Assembly: GCA_965219455.1 (NCBI GenBank)
Contig: OZ244744.1
Location: 4,800,001 to 4,864,000, forward strand
Direction: 5' to 3'
DNA from: Candidatus Latescibacterota bacterium
GTDB taxonomy: Bacteria; Latescibacterota; UBA2968; GCA-2709665
DNA length: 64,000 nt
In this document: positions 37,059-47,724 of the stretch, in pieces
Position numbering within the stretch: position 1 is the first letter of the stretch
Layout of the letters: each line of letters opens with the position of its first letter
The notes under the pieces: generated by a model
Databases searched by the model: none
Told to the model about the DNA's origin: nothing
The model's input: the letters and a program-made list of their open reading frames with translations, nothing else
Position numbers and translations under genes: made by a program

Positions 37059-40000
37059 ATGCGATTTGTCGCTGACGTCCATCTGCATTCCCGGTTTTCC
37101 AGGGCCACGAGCCGTGAACTGACCCCGGAGAATCTCTACAAGTGGTCCGCGCTCAAGGGCGTGAACGTGGTAGGCACGGGCGACTTCACCCATCCCGAGT
37201 GGATCGATGAACTGAAGGATCGCCTGGAGCCGGCCGAGGAGGGACTCTACCGGCTCAAACCGGTGCATCAGGCCACGGTGGACGAAGACGTGCCGGAGCG
37301 ATGCCGGGGGACGGTGCGCTTTGTGCTGTCCACAGAGATCAGCGTGATTTACAAAAAGAACGACAAGACCCGCAAGGTGCACCACGTCGTGTTGATGTCC
37401 AACTTCGAAGCGGTGGAGCGGTTGAATGCCCGGTTGGGCGATATCGGCAATCTGAAGTCGGATGGGAGGCCCATTCTGGGTCTGGACAGCCGGGATCTTG
37501 TTGAGATCTGCGTTGAAGCGGCCGAAGACGTGCTGTTTATTCCGGCGCATATATGGACACCTCATTTCGCCGTGCTGGGCGCGAGTTCCGGGTTCGATAC
37601 GCTGGAGGAGTGTTTCGAGGACATGCTGCCGGCGATTTTCGCCGTGGAGACGGGGCTGTCTTCCGATCCGCCGATGAACTGGCGTCTGTCCATGCTGGAC
37701 CGGTATGCGATCGTGTCCAACTCGGATGCGCATTCCCCGCAGAAACTGGCGCGGGAGGCCACCTGTTTCGATACCGAATTGTCGTACCGCGGCATTTACG
37801 ATGCTCTTAAGACAAGGGACCCGGAACGGTTTCTGGGCACGCTCGAGTTCTTTCCTGAAGAGGGGAAGTATCACCTGGACGGGCATCGGAAATGCGGTAT
37901 CTGCTGGGAGCCGAGACAGTCGCTTGCGGCGGATTGTGTTTGTCCGGAATGCGGTAAGCGGTTGACCGTCGGCGTGCTGCACCGCGTCGAACATCTGGCG
38001 GACAGGGAGGCGGGCGACAGGCCTGCTCTGGCCCCGCCGTATGAGAATCTGATTCCTCTGAAGGAGATCATCGGTTCCGTGTTGGGGGTGGGGCCCACAA
38101 GCAAGAAGGTTCACGGGGTGTATGAACGGCTATTGGCGGAATTGGGGCCCGAACTCGCCATTTTGAGGGATGCGTCCCCAGAGGCGATTGCCGGATGCGG
38201 CGAGGCGCTCGTTGCGGAGGGCGTGCGCCGAATGCGGTCCGGGGAGGTGGAGATAGCGGCCGGCTACGACGGCGTGTACGGCCGGATCCAGGTGTTCTCG
38301 GAGGAGGATAGGGCGCGGCTGAGCCGGCAGCCGGCGCTGTTCAATCTGCCCGGGAAGGCGGATCTATCGCCTGCGGGGTCCGTGTCTGATGCGTCGTCAA
38401 CTGGCGAAGAAGCGGCTGTCGTAAACGTTGCGGCGCAAGGGATTTCGGAGGGTCAGGGGGACGGCGGACCGGACGCGGTGCAGTTGGAGGCTGTGAACTG
38501 GTGCAGCGGGCCGGCGATTGTGGTGGCCGGCCCGGGCACGGGCAAAACACGGGTGTTGACCCATCGGTTGGCGCGGCTGATACGTGAGGAGGGGGTACCG
38601 CCGGAGTCGATTCTGGCGGTGACGTTTACGAATAAAGCCGCGTCGGAGATGCGTGAACGTATGCGGATGCTGTTGCCCGGGGAAGACAGACTGGATCGGT
38701 TGATGCTGGGTACGTTTCACGCCGTGGCGCTGGAACTGATGCAATCCTGTCGGCCTTGCGCGGTGCAACAGGTGATCGACGAGGTGGAGACGACGCAGGT
38801 GCTGGCCGACGTCATGGCCAATGCCGATGTCAACCTGTCCTTACGGGAGACCCGGTCGAGGATCTCACTTGTCAAGACGGACCCGGAGTTGGCGGCGCCG
38901 GAGGCGTTGAGCGACGTCTACGGAGCCTACCAGGACAGCCTGGGTACGCTGGGTGTGTGGGATTACGACGATATCCTGCTTGAATTCCTGAAGCTGCTTC
39001 GGGAAACGGATGGGGTATCCCAACGGGTACGGCAACGGTTTGCGCACGTACTCGTGGACGAGTTTCAGGACGTGAACGCGGTGCAGTACCGGCTGGTGAC
39101 TGCGCTCGCGGGTGCAGGCAGCGGTCTGTTCGTGATCGGCGATCCGGACCAGGCCATTTACGGCTTCCGTGGCGCGAGTCCCGCGTTTTTTCAGAAGTTG
39201 CGTGAAGACTTTCCGGCTGCCCGGACGTTTGTTCCGGAGCGGACATATCGGTCGACGCGCCAGATTGTCGACGCGGCAATCTCCGTGATCGGTGGTGGGC
39301 GTCAGATGATTGCGGTCCGGGGAGAAGGCGTTGCGGTCCGCCAGGTTTCCGTGCCCGGTGAAACGGCCGAGGGGATTGCGGTGGTGCGCGAGATCAGCCG
39401 GATGATGGGCGGCGCCGATATGCTTCAGGCCGATGAGGTTGGCGGGCAGGATTCAGCAGCGGGCGGAGGCGACCGGAGCCTGTCGGATTTCGCCGTGTTG
39501 TTCAGGACCGGCCGGCAGGCGGACGAGATCGAACGGTGTTTTCTTGAAGAGGGATTGCCGTACCGCGTGGTGGGGCAGAAGGGATTTCTTTCGGCAGAGC
39601 CCGTGCGGCACTTGCTTTCCTTTTTCGATTACGTGATCCGGCCGGAGGAAGGCCTGCGTTTGTTGCGTGCACTGTCGATCCCCATCTTTCACCCTGGAAA
39701 AGCAGCGCTCGATCGCCTCCGGCGCACGGGTGACGATTTCACCGCTGGCGACCTGCCGTCGTCGGTACGGGAGAAAGTCTCCGCGTTGCGGGATGCGGCG
39801 GCGGCGTTCAGAAAAATGGCGGAAACGGAATCCGTCGAGGCGTTGGTCAGAACCTGGCTGGAAGTGGCCGAGGTGGACGAGGATGATAATCTCGCCCGCC
39901 TTGCGCGGATGGCGGTCAACTTCGATTCGATGCGGCGATTCCTGGATACGCTGGTGCTCGGCGCCGACGCGGATTACGTACGTGTCGGCGTCTCGACAGG

Positions 40001-40328
40001 TAAGAGTGCCGAATCGGTGACGTTGTCGACCCTGCACGCGTCCAAGGGACTGGAGTTTCCGGTGGTGTTTATCTGCGGTGTGGAGGAGGGGCTGATTCCG
40101 CACGAAAACGCGGATCCGGAGGAGGAGCGGCGGTTGTTGTTCGTGGGTTTGACCCGGGCCAAGGACGAGGCCGTGTTACTCTGCGCACGGAGCAGGACGC
40201 GTTTCGGCGAGCGGATCCGTCCGGAGCCGTCCCGGTTCCTGGAGGATATTCCCGCCGCGTTCTTGAACAGGGAGCGCGTGTCAACGGAGCGGCGGGACAG
40301 GCAGGCGGAGCAACTCTCCCTGTTCTGA
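37059..40328 (+). CDS. Endonuclease Q-like PHP domain fused to a UvrD/PcrA SF1 helicase
   Basis: ADVHLHSRFS, GTGDFTHP, PAHIWTP, SNSDAHS, GKYHLDGHRKC and CPEC, then AGPGTGKT, DEFQD, GDPDQAIYGFRGA, TLHASKGLEF and VGLTRA. Confidence 0.92.
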   Translation: MRFVADVHLHSRFSRATSRELTPENLYKWSALKGVNVVGTGDFTHPEWIDELKDRLEPAEEGLYRLKPVHQATVDEDVPERCRGTVRFVLSTEISVIYKKNDKTRKVHHVVLMSNFEAVERLNARLGDIGNLKSDGRPILGLDSRDLVEICVEAAEDVLFIPAHIWTPHFAVLGASSGFDTLEECFEDMLPAIFAVETGLSSDPPMNWRLSMLDRYAIVSNSDAHSPQKLAREATCFDTELSYRGIYDALKTRDPERFLGTLEFFPEEGKYHLDGHRKCGICWEPRQSLAADCVCPECGKRLTVGVLHRVEHLADREAGDRPALAPPYENLIPLKEIIGSVLGVGPTSKKVHGVYERLLAELGPELAILRDASPEAIAGCGEALVAEGVRRMRSGEVEIAAGYDGVYGRIQVFSEEDRARLSRQPALFNLPGKADLSPAGSVSDASSTGEEAAVVNVAAQGISEGQGDGGPDAVQLEAVNWCSGPAIVVAGPGTGKTRVLTHRLARLIREEGVPPESILAVTFTNKAASEMRERMRMLLPGEDRLDRLMLGTFHAVALELMQSCRPCAVQQVIDEVETTQVLADVMANADVNLSLRETRSRISLVKTDPELAAPEALSDVYGAYQDSLGTLGVWDYDDILLEFLKLLRETDGVSQRVRQRFAHVLVDEFQDVNAVQYRLVTALAGAGSGLFVIGDPDQAIYGFRGASPAFFQKLREDFPAARTFVPERTYRSTRQIVDAAISVIGGGRQMIAVRGEGVAVRQVSVPGETAEGIAVVREISRMMGGADMLQADEVGGQDSAAGGGDRSLSDFAVLFRTGRQADEIERCFLEEGLPYRVVGQKGFLSAEPVRHLLSFFDYVIRPEEGLRLLRALSIPIFHPGKAALDRLRRTGDDFTAGDLPSSVREKVSALRDAAAAFRKMAETESVEALVRTWLEVAEVDEDDNLARLARMAVNFDSMRRFLDTLVLGADADYVRVGVSTGKSAESVTLSTLHASKGLEFPVVFICGVEEGLIPHENADPEEERRLLFVGLTRAKDEAVLLCARSRTRFGERIRPEPSRFLEDIPAAFLNRERVSTERRDRQAEQLSLF

Positions 40329-40353
40329 CGGCCCGGGCGACACGAGTCCGATT

Positions 40354-41823
40354 CTACGTCAATCGCCGAAATCGGTCATACGCTTCTTCCCACGCGTCCT
40401 TCTCTTTCGGCTCGTACATAACGATTTCCGTGGAATTGCGAACGACTTCCCGGAGATCGCCGAGGGAGTCGATTTCGCGCCGCGCGTAAGCCTGCATGAG
40501 GATATTCCCCAGGGCCGTTGCTTCAGCCGGGCCGGCGATAACAGGCCGCCCCGCCGCGCTGGAGGTCAACTGGTTCAGAAGGGTATTTCGAATGCCCCCG
40601 CCCACGACGTGGACGGTGTGCAGTTTCCTGTTCAGAACCGACTCGAGGTCTTCCAGGACGCGGCGGCACTTGAGAGCGAGGCTCTCCAGGGCGCACCGGA
40701 TGACGGCGCCCTCGGTGGCCGGCTCAGTCTGGCCGGTCTGTCTACAGTACGCACGAATGCGGGCCGGCATATCCCCGGGCGCCATGAAATCCGGATGGTC
40801 AGGGTCTATGAACGCGGTCAATGCTGGAGCCGCTTCCGCCATCCGGACAAGGTCGGTGAAAGAAAAAACGTGACCCTGGTTTTCCCAGATGCGTCGGCAT
40901 TCCTGGACAATCCAGAGCCCGGTGATATTCTTGAGGAAGCGGTAGGTGCCGCAAACGCCGCCCTCGTTGGTAAAGTTGTGGTGGAGCGCTTCCGGCGTGA
41001 CGGCCGGGGCTGGCAGTTCCGCGCCGAGCAGCGCCCACGTGCCTGAACTGACGTAGGCCGCGTCGGCGTCCGAGAACGGCACGGCCGCCACCGCCGATCC
41101 GGTGTCGTGGCAGGCCGGCGCGATGACCTCGCCGGACCGGATGCCGGCATCCCTCGCTATCTCCGGACGAAGGGCACCCAGAGACGTGCCTGGCTGGACG
41201 ATTTCGGGAAGCATGCCAAACGGGATGTTGAGCCGGTGCAGCAGGTCGGTTGCCCATCCGCCCGTCCTCGGGTTGTAGAACTGGGTGGTGGTGGCGTTCG
41301 AGAACTCACAGACTTTGCGCCCGGTCAGCCAGAAGTTGAATAGGTCGGGCATCATCAGGAACGTGCGAGCCATGCGCAGTTGCGGGGAATTTCTCTCTGC
41401 CAGGGACAATAGCTGATAGAGCGTGTTGATTTCCAGGAACTGCAGGCCGGTCTGCTCGAATATATCCCCCCTGGCGACAAGGCCGAGAGCTTTTTCCATC
41501 ATTCCTTTGACGCGAGGGTCACGGTAACAGTGAGGATTCCCCAGGAGTTCGTCACCGTCGTCCAGGAGTGCGAAATCCACCCCCCAGGTGTCGATTCCGA
41601 TGCCCGCGAGTTCCGGACCTGAGATTTGCACGCATTTTCGAAGTCCCGCGAGCATTTCTTCATAGAGGCGCAGTGCGTCCCAATAAAGGCCTCCTGCCAC
41701 GGATACGGGGCCGTTGGCGAAGCGGTGGATTTCTTCGAGTTCGACGGCGTTTCCATCGAAGCGACCGACGACAGCTCTGCCGCTGGACGCGCCAAGATCG
41801 TAGGCGAGGTAGGTCTGTGGCAT
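40354..41823 (-). CDS. rhaB: Rhamnulokinase-family FGGY carbohydrate kinase
   Basis: YDLGASSGR, GIDTWGVD, INTLYQL, HDTGSA, SSGTW and FTNEGG…FLKNITGLW motifs. Confidence 0.88.
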   Translation of the reverse strand: MPQTYLAYDLGASSGRAVVGRFDGNAVELEEIHRFANGPVSVAGGLYWDALRLYEEMLAGLRKCVQISGPELAGIGIDTWGVDFALLDDGDELLGNPHCYRDPRVKGMMEKALGLVARGDIFEQTGLQFLEINTLYQLLSLAERNSPQLRMARTFLMMPDLFNFWLTGRKVCEFSNATTTQFYNPRTGGWATDLLHRLNIPFGMLPEIVQPGTSLGALRPEIARDAGIRSGEVIAPACHDTGSAVAAVPFSDADAAYVSSGTWALLGAELPAPAVTPEALHHNFTNEGGVCGTYRFLKNITGLWIVQECRRIWENQGHVFSFTDLVRMAEAAPALTAFIDPDHPDFMAPGDMPARIRAYCRQTGQTEPATEGAVIRCALESLALKCRRVLEDLESVLNRKLHTVHVVGGGIRNTLLNQLTSSAAGRPVIAGPAEATALGNILMQAYARREIDSLGDLREVVRNSTEIVMYEPKEKDAWEEAYDRFRRLT

Positions 41824-41972
41824 TGCGACTCCTTCAGGATTGCCACTTGCGGATAAGCACCAGACCGGAAGCACGATGCCGCTTTCCGCGATGCTGAATT
41901 CGGTCCCGTTCGCGACCGAACCGGCCTGAACCCGATCCTGGCTTCCGGTTGTGCAGGATTCTGTCGTTTGCG

Positions 41973-42001
41973 ATATTATGCGATGCGGCGCGGGGTGTCA
42001 A
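41973..42001 (-). promoter_or_regulatory. Sigma70-like promoter upstream of rhaB
   Basis: Minus strand TTGACA-N17-TAATAT. Confidence 0.55.
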
Positions 42002-42167
42002 GTGTTTCGTCACAGCGGGAACACCCGCCACCAGGGGACATGGTGGACGGCCGGCGCGACGTTCCGGGCCTGTCGATTGGAAGATCGGATCGGAAGGCCT
42101 TTTTTGTTGGTTTCGTTCGCGAATTGAAGTCATCCACGCGCCCAGGCCCGTTCGAGAGGGGTTGTGA

Positions 42168-43307
42168 ATGCCGGTAAAGCCAACCGTGGCGCACTGTGCG
42201 AATCCATTTCTGACCCTGACGATGGTCTGGTGTTACGACCAGATACGGGGTTTGAGTCGATATCGACCCGTCGTGTTGACGCAGGCACGGCAGAACGAGA
42301 ACGTGTTTCCGGTTGAGACGCTCCATTCGAGCGAAGATCTGCGCCCGTTGCGCCGGTCGGTCTACCGGGTGATTCGCAAAATCCGCGGAACCTACGCGGG
42401 GTACGGGTGTATCCTCCGGGAGGAGGGGGCCGCGATCATCCATGCCCATTTCGGGCAGGAGGGATTTTTCTGCCTCGCGGCAAGGCGCTGTGCGCACGTT
42501 CCGATGGTCACCACGTTTTACGGGATGGATGCGTCCGCGCTGCCTCGCCAGCGGCTCTGGAGACGGCGGTTTCAACGGCTATTCCACGACGGCGAACTCT
42601 TTCTGGTTGAGGGCCCGCGAATGGGCGAATCGCTCGTCTCCATCGGCTGTCCGATCGAGAAAGTGCACGTGCACCCCCTGGGTGTCGATCTCGGGAAGAT
42701 TGGCAAGGCGCCTCCGGAGTCCAGGAAGGAGGCGGTGGTTCTGATGTATGCCAATTTCCGCGAGAAAAAGGGACACGTATATGGGTTGAGGGCCTGCCGA
42801 AAAATTCTCGTGTCGCATCCCGGCCTCAAGGTGCGCATTATTGGTGACGGAGAACGACGTGCGGAAGTGGAGCGGGAGATCCAGCGCCTCGTACTCGGAG
42901 ACCACGTGACCCTGTTGGGCATGCTGCCGCACGCGAAGTGCCTGGAGGAACTCGCCCGCGCGTCCGTGCTGTTGTATCCGAGCGTGACCGCAGCTGATGG
43001 CGATACGGAAGGGGGCGCGCCGGTGGCGCTGATCGAGGCCATGGCCTCGGGGTTGCCGATCGTTTCCTCGCACCACGCGGACATCCCCACGGTGGCGCCC
43101 GACGGACGGTGTGCGCTGTTGTTCAGGGAACGGGACGTGGATGGATTGGCGGAGGGCCTGGATACGCTCCTCCGGTCCAGCCGGTTGCGGGAGGAAATGG
43201 GCAGGGCGGGGAGGGCGCATGTGGAAGACGCCCACGACATGCGAAAACAGGGACGGCGGCTGGAGGCCGTATACGACCGCGTGATATCCTCGGCGAAGTC
43301 CGGGTAA
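42168..43307 (+). CDS. Glycosyltransferase family 4 (WcaL-like)
   Basis: IHAHFG, REKKG and PSVTAADGDTEGGAPVALIEAMASG motifs. Confidence 0.9.
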   Translation: MPVKPTVAHCANPFLTLTMVWCYDQIRGLSRYRPVVLTQARQNENVFPVETLHSSEDLRPLRRSVYRVIRKIRGTYAGYGCILREEGAAIIHAHFGQEGFFCLAARRCAHVPMVTTFYGMDASALPRQRLWRRRFQRLFHDGELFLVEGPRMGESLVSIGCPIEKVHVHPLGVDLGKIGKAPPESRKEAVVLMYANFREKKGHVYGLRACRKILVSHPGLKVRIIGDGERRAEVEREIQRLVLGDHVTLLGMLPHAKCLEELARASVLLYPSVTAADGDTEGGAPVALIEAMASGLPIVSSHHADIPTVAPDGRCALLFRERDVDGLAEGLDTLLRSSRLREEMGRAGRAHVEDAHDMRKQGRRLEAVYDRVISSAKSG

Positions 43308-43376
43308 AGGAGCCCGGAGTTCCCGCCCGGCTTGCCTGCGGCAAGGTCACTCGCTCCTGGACGGTGTCGACGCGCA

Positions 43377-43405
43377 TTGACATTCGAACCAGTCGGTTTT
43401 ATTTT
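43377..43405 (+). promoter_or_regulatory. Sigma70-like promoter upstream of PhyH/maturase genes
   Basis: TTGACA-N17-TATTTT about 50 bp before the ATG. Confidence 0.4.
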
Positions 43406-43452
43406 TCATTACGATAAGTAGATGGCGAGAGTCGTACATGCGGGGATTTTCG

Positions 43453-44298
43453 ATGGAAATAACACCGGAGCAGGAGGACGCCTACAGGGAGCAGGGGTTT
43501 CTGGTTGTCGAGGGACTGTTGAGCGATGAGGACGTGGCGGCCATTCGGGCGGATGCCACAAAGCTCTGCCGGGGGGAGTACAAGAGTGAGAATTTGAAGC
43601 CGGTGTCGAAACAGACGACCGACACGGCGGCGCTTTCACGGTATCTGTGCATTCACCAGCCGCACAACGTCAGTGCGAAAATTCGAGACGCCCTCGCGCA
43701 TCCCGCGGTCTCCAGGGCGCTTGCCCGGCTGGTGGCGCCGGATGTGAAGTGTATGCAGTCCATGTTGTTCATCAAGCCGCCGAAGTTCCCGGGGCAGGCC
43801 TGGCATCAGGACGAGGTGTATATACCAACGCGGGACCGGAGCCTTACCGGCGCCTGGTATGCCCTGGACGACGCAACGGTGGAAAACGGCTGTATGTGGG
43901 TCCTGCCGGGATCCAACCGGAACGGCTATCTGTATCCCCAGCGCGCACACGGCCGGCCCGGGGAGTTCGACTCCGCCCCGGAGTCCTATGGCTTCGACGA
44001 CAGCGAGGAAATTCCCGTGGTGTGCCGGGCCGGGGCCGTGGTCTTCTTCAACGGCTATCTGTTGCACCGGTCCCGCAGGAACCGGTCGAACCGTTTTCGG
44101 CGGGTCCTGGTGAACCACTATATGAACGCCTACTCGCTGTTGCCCTGGCATCGCCCCGACGACGGGCGGATGGCGCTGGCCGATTACCGCGGCATCGTGA
44201 TGGTTGCGGGCGAAGATCCATATGCATGGAAGGGAACGGAAGCTGGCGGCGACGCGCACGTGCGCAAGTTCGATCCCACCGCCCTGCAGGCGGAATAG
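43453..44298 (+). CDS. Phytanoyl-CoA dioxygenase (PhyH) family 2OG-Fe(II) oxygenase
   Basis: QAWHQD, ALDDATVENGC.WVLPGS, LLHRS and RR motifs. Confidence 0.9.
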   Translation: MEITPEQEDAYREQGFLVVEGLLSDEDVAAIRADATKLCRGEYKSENLKPVSKQTTDTAALSRYLCIHQPHNVSAKIRDALAHPAVSRALARLVAPDVKCMQSMLFIKPPKFPGQAWHQDEVYIPTRDRSLTGAWYALDDATVENGCMWVLPGSNRNGYLYPQRAHGRPGEFDSAPESYGFDDSEEIPVVCRAGAVVFFNGYLLHRSRRNRSNRFRRVLVNHYMNAYSLLPWHRPDDGRMALADYRGIVMVAGEDPYAWKGTEAGGDAHVRKFDPTALQAE

Positions 44299-44368
44299 CG
44301 TCCGCTGTTGAACAGAAGCGGTTGCGGAAGTGGCAACGTCCCAATTAGCCTGGAAAGTTCGAATGGCC

Positions 44369-45703
44369 ATGGAACAGACAATCATTGAACGGCCCGAGGC
44401 CAGTCACGTGATGGCGAAGCCATCGGGAGCGGTCTGCAATATAGACTGCAAGTACTGCTTCTATCTTGAGAAGGAAAAGCTGTACCCCGACGCCGGCAAA
44501 AACTGGCGGATGGACGATGAGACGCTGGAGCTCTACGTCCGCCACTATATCGAAGCGCAGGACGTCCCGGAGGTGAATTTTGCCTGGCAGGGCGGGGAGC
44601 CAACGTTGATGGGCGTGGATTTCTACCGCAGGGCGACGGAACTCCAGGCTCAATATGCCAATGGCAAGACCATCACAAACGCGTTTCAGACCAACGGGAT
44701 TCTGCTCGATGACGAATGGGGCGAGTTTCTGTCGGAACACGGGTTTCTGGTGGGGCTGTCCGTGGACGGACCGCGGGAGATGCACGACCGGTACCGGGTG
44801 GACAAGGGGGGGAGCCCCACGTTCGACCGGGTGATGGCTGGACTGGATGTCCTGAAAAAACACCAGGTTGATTTCAATACCCTCACGGTGTTGCAGGCCC
44901 ACAACGCGGATTACCCCAGGGAGGTGTATCGCTTCCTGAAGTCGATCGGTAGCCGGTACATGCAGTTTATCCCAATTGTGGAACGGATCGCGGAAGCGCC
45001 CGGTGAGGATCTCCTGCAGCTTGTGGCGCCGGAGTTCGACGGGCGCGCCCAGGTTTCGCAGTGGTCGGTGGGTTCGGCGCAATACGGCCGATTCCTTTGC
45101 ACGGTCTTCGACGCATGGGTCAAACAGGACGTGGGCCGGTATTTCGTCCAGATGTTCGATATCGCGCTGGGAAGCTGGATGGGCCAGGACGCCAGCCTCT
45201 GCATTTTCGCGGAAAAGTGCGGCAGGGCGCTTATTATCGAACATAATGGAGACCTGTATTCCTGCGACCATTTCGTGTATCCCCGGTACAATCTTGGCAA
45301 CGTCCGCGATAAAAGCATCCGGGAGATGGTGGCCAGCCCCCTGCAGGAGACATTCGGATCCGACAAACGCGACACGCTGCCGGCGTATTGCAGGGCCTGC
45401 GACTACCGGTTCGCGTGCAACGGGGGCTGCCCCAAACAGAGGTTCATCCACGCGCCCGACGGGGAGGCGGGGCTGAACTATCTGTGCAGGGGGTACAAGA
45501 TGTTCTTCGGCCACGTGGATCCCTACATGCGGATGATGTCGAAGGAGCTTGCGGCCGGCCGGCCCGCCGCGAACGTGATGCAATGGGTGCGCGCCCAGGA
45601 AGCAAGACGGGAGGCGGTCCGGGCCCGAAGCACGGGTCGAAACGAGCCATGTCCGTGCGGCAGCGGCAGGAAATTCAAGCGGTGTTGCGGGGTTGCCCGA
45701 TAG
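44369..45703 (+). CDS. Anaerobic sulfatase maturase (radical SAM/SPASM) with a C-terminal SEC-C motif
   Basis: CNIDCKYC, WQGGEP, YSCDH, C..C…CNGGCP and GRNEPCPCGSGRKFKRCC. Confidence 0.93.
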   Translation: MEQTIIERPEASHVMAKPSGAVCNIDCKYCFYLEKEKLYPDAGKNWRMDDETLELYVRHYIEAQDVPEVNFAWQGGEPTLMGVDFYRRATELQAQYANGKTITNAFQTNGILLDDEWGEFLSEHGFLVGLSVDGPREMHDRYRVDKGGSPTFDRVMAGLDVLKKHQVDFNTLTVLQAHNADYPREVYRFLKSIGSRYMQFIPIVERIAEAPGEDLLQLVAPEFDGRAQVSQWSVGSAQYGRFLCTVFDAWVKQDVGRYFVQMFDIALGSWMGQDASLCIFAEKCGRALIIEHNGDLYSCDHFVYPRYNLGNVRDKSIREMVASPLQETFGSDKRDTLPAYCRACDYRFACNGGCPKQRFIHAPDGEAGLNYLCRGYKMFFGHVDPYMRMMSKELAAGRPAANVMQWVRAQEARREAVRARSTGRNEPCPCGSGRKFKRCCGVAR

Positions 45704-45793
45704 GGGACGGGCAACGGGCGACTCAGCGGCCGGAAAGTCCGGCCGGATCCGATTCGGTCGGATCGCACGCCTCCCGGCGGAGGATATGGTTGG

Positions 45794-45961
45794 CTTGTGT
45801 TCTATCCCGGAAATAGATTGCCTGAATTCGGCCGCTGAGTCGCCCGGCTCGCAAGGCGCCTGAGCGAGGCGACCTGCGCAAGGTCGGCGAGCGAGGGGAA
45901 CGCAGCGAGACGGGATGAACCGGCGGATGAATGGTGGTATATTTCCGGGACGGGACACTAA
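45794..45961. mobile_element. MITE-like element, copy 2
   Basis: CTTGTGTTCTATCCCGGAAATA … TATTTCCGGGACGGGACACTAA. Shares subterminal AATTCGGCC and GGCGGATGAATGGTG with copy 1. Confidence 0.7.
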
Positions 45962-46055
45962 TTTTGCCTTGACTTTTGTTCTGTGCGGTGCGATCATCCG
46001 TACCTGCTTCACCGAAGTCGGTATGGATTTTTTTGTGTCTTTCGGGAGAAGAACC

Positions 46056-46961
46056 ATGTGCGGTATTGTGGGGTTCTGGAACCGGCGGGAGGAAAACAGC
46101 GGGCTCGGCCGGACCCTATTGAAAATGCTGGACGCCCTCGACTGCCGCGGGCCGGATTCAGCCGGTGTGGCGCTATATGGCGAAGGACAAAACGGACGCC
46201 TGGTGCTGCGCGTGAGTCTGGGCGAACATGGAGATTACGATGCGATGGCGCGGCAGGTCGTTGCACGGGCGGAAGCAGTCGGCGCCGTGTCCGAGTGGGC
46301 TCGAACAGCGGAGTACCTGAGGCTTGTTATCGCCTATGGAGATGAGGCGAAGCAACTCGAACAGGCGATCGAGGCCGCGGGCGAGGGTGTGGAGGTGGTG
46401 AGTATGGGGCGCCGGCTGGAAATTGTAAAGCAGGTAGGGTCCCCCGACAACCTGGATCAAACGTACCGGGTTTCCGGCTTCGAAGGGACGCACGGAATCG
46501 GCCATACCCGCCTTTCCACGGAGTCCCGAATCGATCTGAGCCATTCCCAGCCGTTCTGGGCCCACGGTCATCCGGATCTGGCAATTGTTCACAACGGGCA
46601 CATTACCAACTATCACAAGTTGCGGCGCATATACGAGCAGGAGGGTGCGCGGTTCTACACCGAGAACGACTCCGAAATCATCGGGATGTATCTGCGCCGG
46701 CAGCTTTCGGACGGCAAGGACCTGGAGGCTGCCATGGCCGCCTCTCTGGTGGATCTGGACGGCTCGTTCAGCTATCTGGTGGCCACACCCGACGCCGTCG
46801 GGTTCGTTCGGGATCCGTATGCTTTCAAACCGCTGCTTTTTGCGGAAACGGACGAATTTGCGGCGGTGGCAACGGAAGAAATCGCATTCCGTTCGGCCAT
46901 CGATGGAGACTACGACGTGGTTGAAGCCCGTGCGAAGGACATGCGGCTATGGCGCAATTGA
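46056..46961 (+). CDS. Class II glutamine amidotransferase-like subunit (GlxB/MgsA-like), copy 1
   Basis: MCGIVG, RGPDSAG, GHTRLSTES, HNGHITNY and NDSE motifs. Confidence 0.88.
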   Translation: MCGIVGFWNRREENSGLGRTLLKMLDALDCRGPDSAGVALYGEGQNGRLVLRVSLGEHGDYDAMARQVVARAEAVGAVSEWARTAEYLRLVIAYGDEAKQLEQAIEAAGEGVEVVSMGRRLEIVKQVGSPDNLDQTYRVSGFEGTHGIGHTRLSTESRIDLSHSQPFWAHGHPDLAIVHNGHITNYHKLRRIYEQEGARFYTENDSEIIGMYLRRQLSDGKDLEAAMAASLVDLDGSFSYLVATPDAVGFVRDPYAFKPLLFAETDEFAAVATEEIAFRSAIDGDYDVVEARAKDMRLWRN

Positions 46962-47644
46962 CCTGCAACGGAAAAACGACCCGGGAGATCAACCGGGAGA
47001 TCAAGACGTTCGTCGCCGCGGGTGAGGCCGACGTACGTGTTCTGGATCCGGGCGCGCGCCATAATCTCGGGGTGGCCCTCCTGGATCCCGTGCATCTCAC
47101 ACTGGAAGGCAGCGTAGGATACTATTGTGCCGGAATGATGGACGGGGCCACCGTGGAGGTAAAGGGCAGCGCGGGTTGGGGCCTGGCGGAGTCGATGATG
47201 AGCGGGAGGGTGATGGTTCACGGTAACGCGGGCAACGGTACGGCGGCGTCCATCCGCGGCGGGACGGTGGTCGTGCGTGGGCATGCCTCGTCGCGGCTGG
47301 GCGTAGCCATGAAGGGCGGGTTGATCGTCGTCGGTGGAGATTGCGGCTATATGGCCGGGTTCATGGGGCAGAGGGGCCGCATTGTTGTTTGCGGCGATAC
47401 AGGAGAAGCTTTTGCCGATTCGATGTACGAGACCGAATGTTTCGTGGGCGGTGATATCGCGGAACTCGGCAACGACGCGGTGGTCGAAACGCCCAGTGAA
47501 AAAGAGTTCGATTTTCTGAAAGCCTCCATAGGGGAACACCTGGGCAGACGCGCGGACGTTACGGCGTTCAAGAAGGTGGTGGCCGGACGCAAACTCTGGA
47601 ATTTCGACAAAGACGAGCGCGCGGTGTGGCGGGAGGCGTTGTAG
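46949..47644 (+). CDS. GXGXG-repeat beta-helix subunit (GlxC/MgsB-like), copy 1
   Basis: Repeated G.AG…M..G..VV.G motifs and C-terminal KKVVAGRKLWNF. Confidence 0.88.
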   Translation: MAQLTCNGKTTREINREIKTFVAAGEADVRVLDPGARHNLGVALLDPVHLTLEGSVGYYCAGMMDGATVEVKGSAGWGLAESMMSGRVMVHGNAGNGTAASIRGGTVVVRGHASSRLGVAMKGGLIVVGGDCGYMAGFMGQRGRIVVCGDTGEAFADSMYETECFVGGDIAELGNDAVVETPSEKEFDFLKASIGEHLGRRADVTAFKKVVAGRKLWNFDKDERAVWREAL

Positions 47645-47724
47645 CGCGCGGCGACGGGATCCGCCGGTCCTTCCGGGGTGGTCTTGTCCGGTCGCCATCT
47701 GATTTCAACCCGAACAGGGTAATT

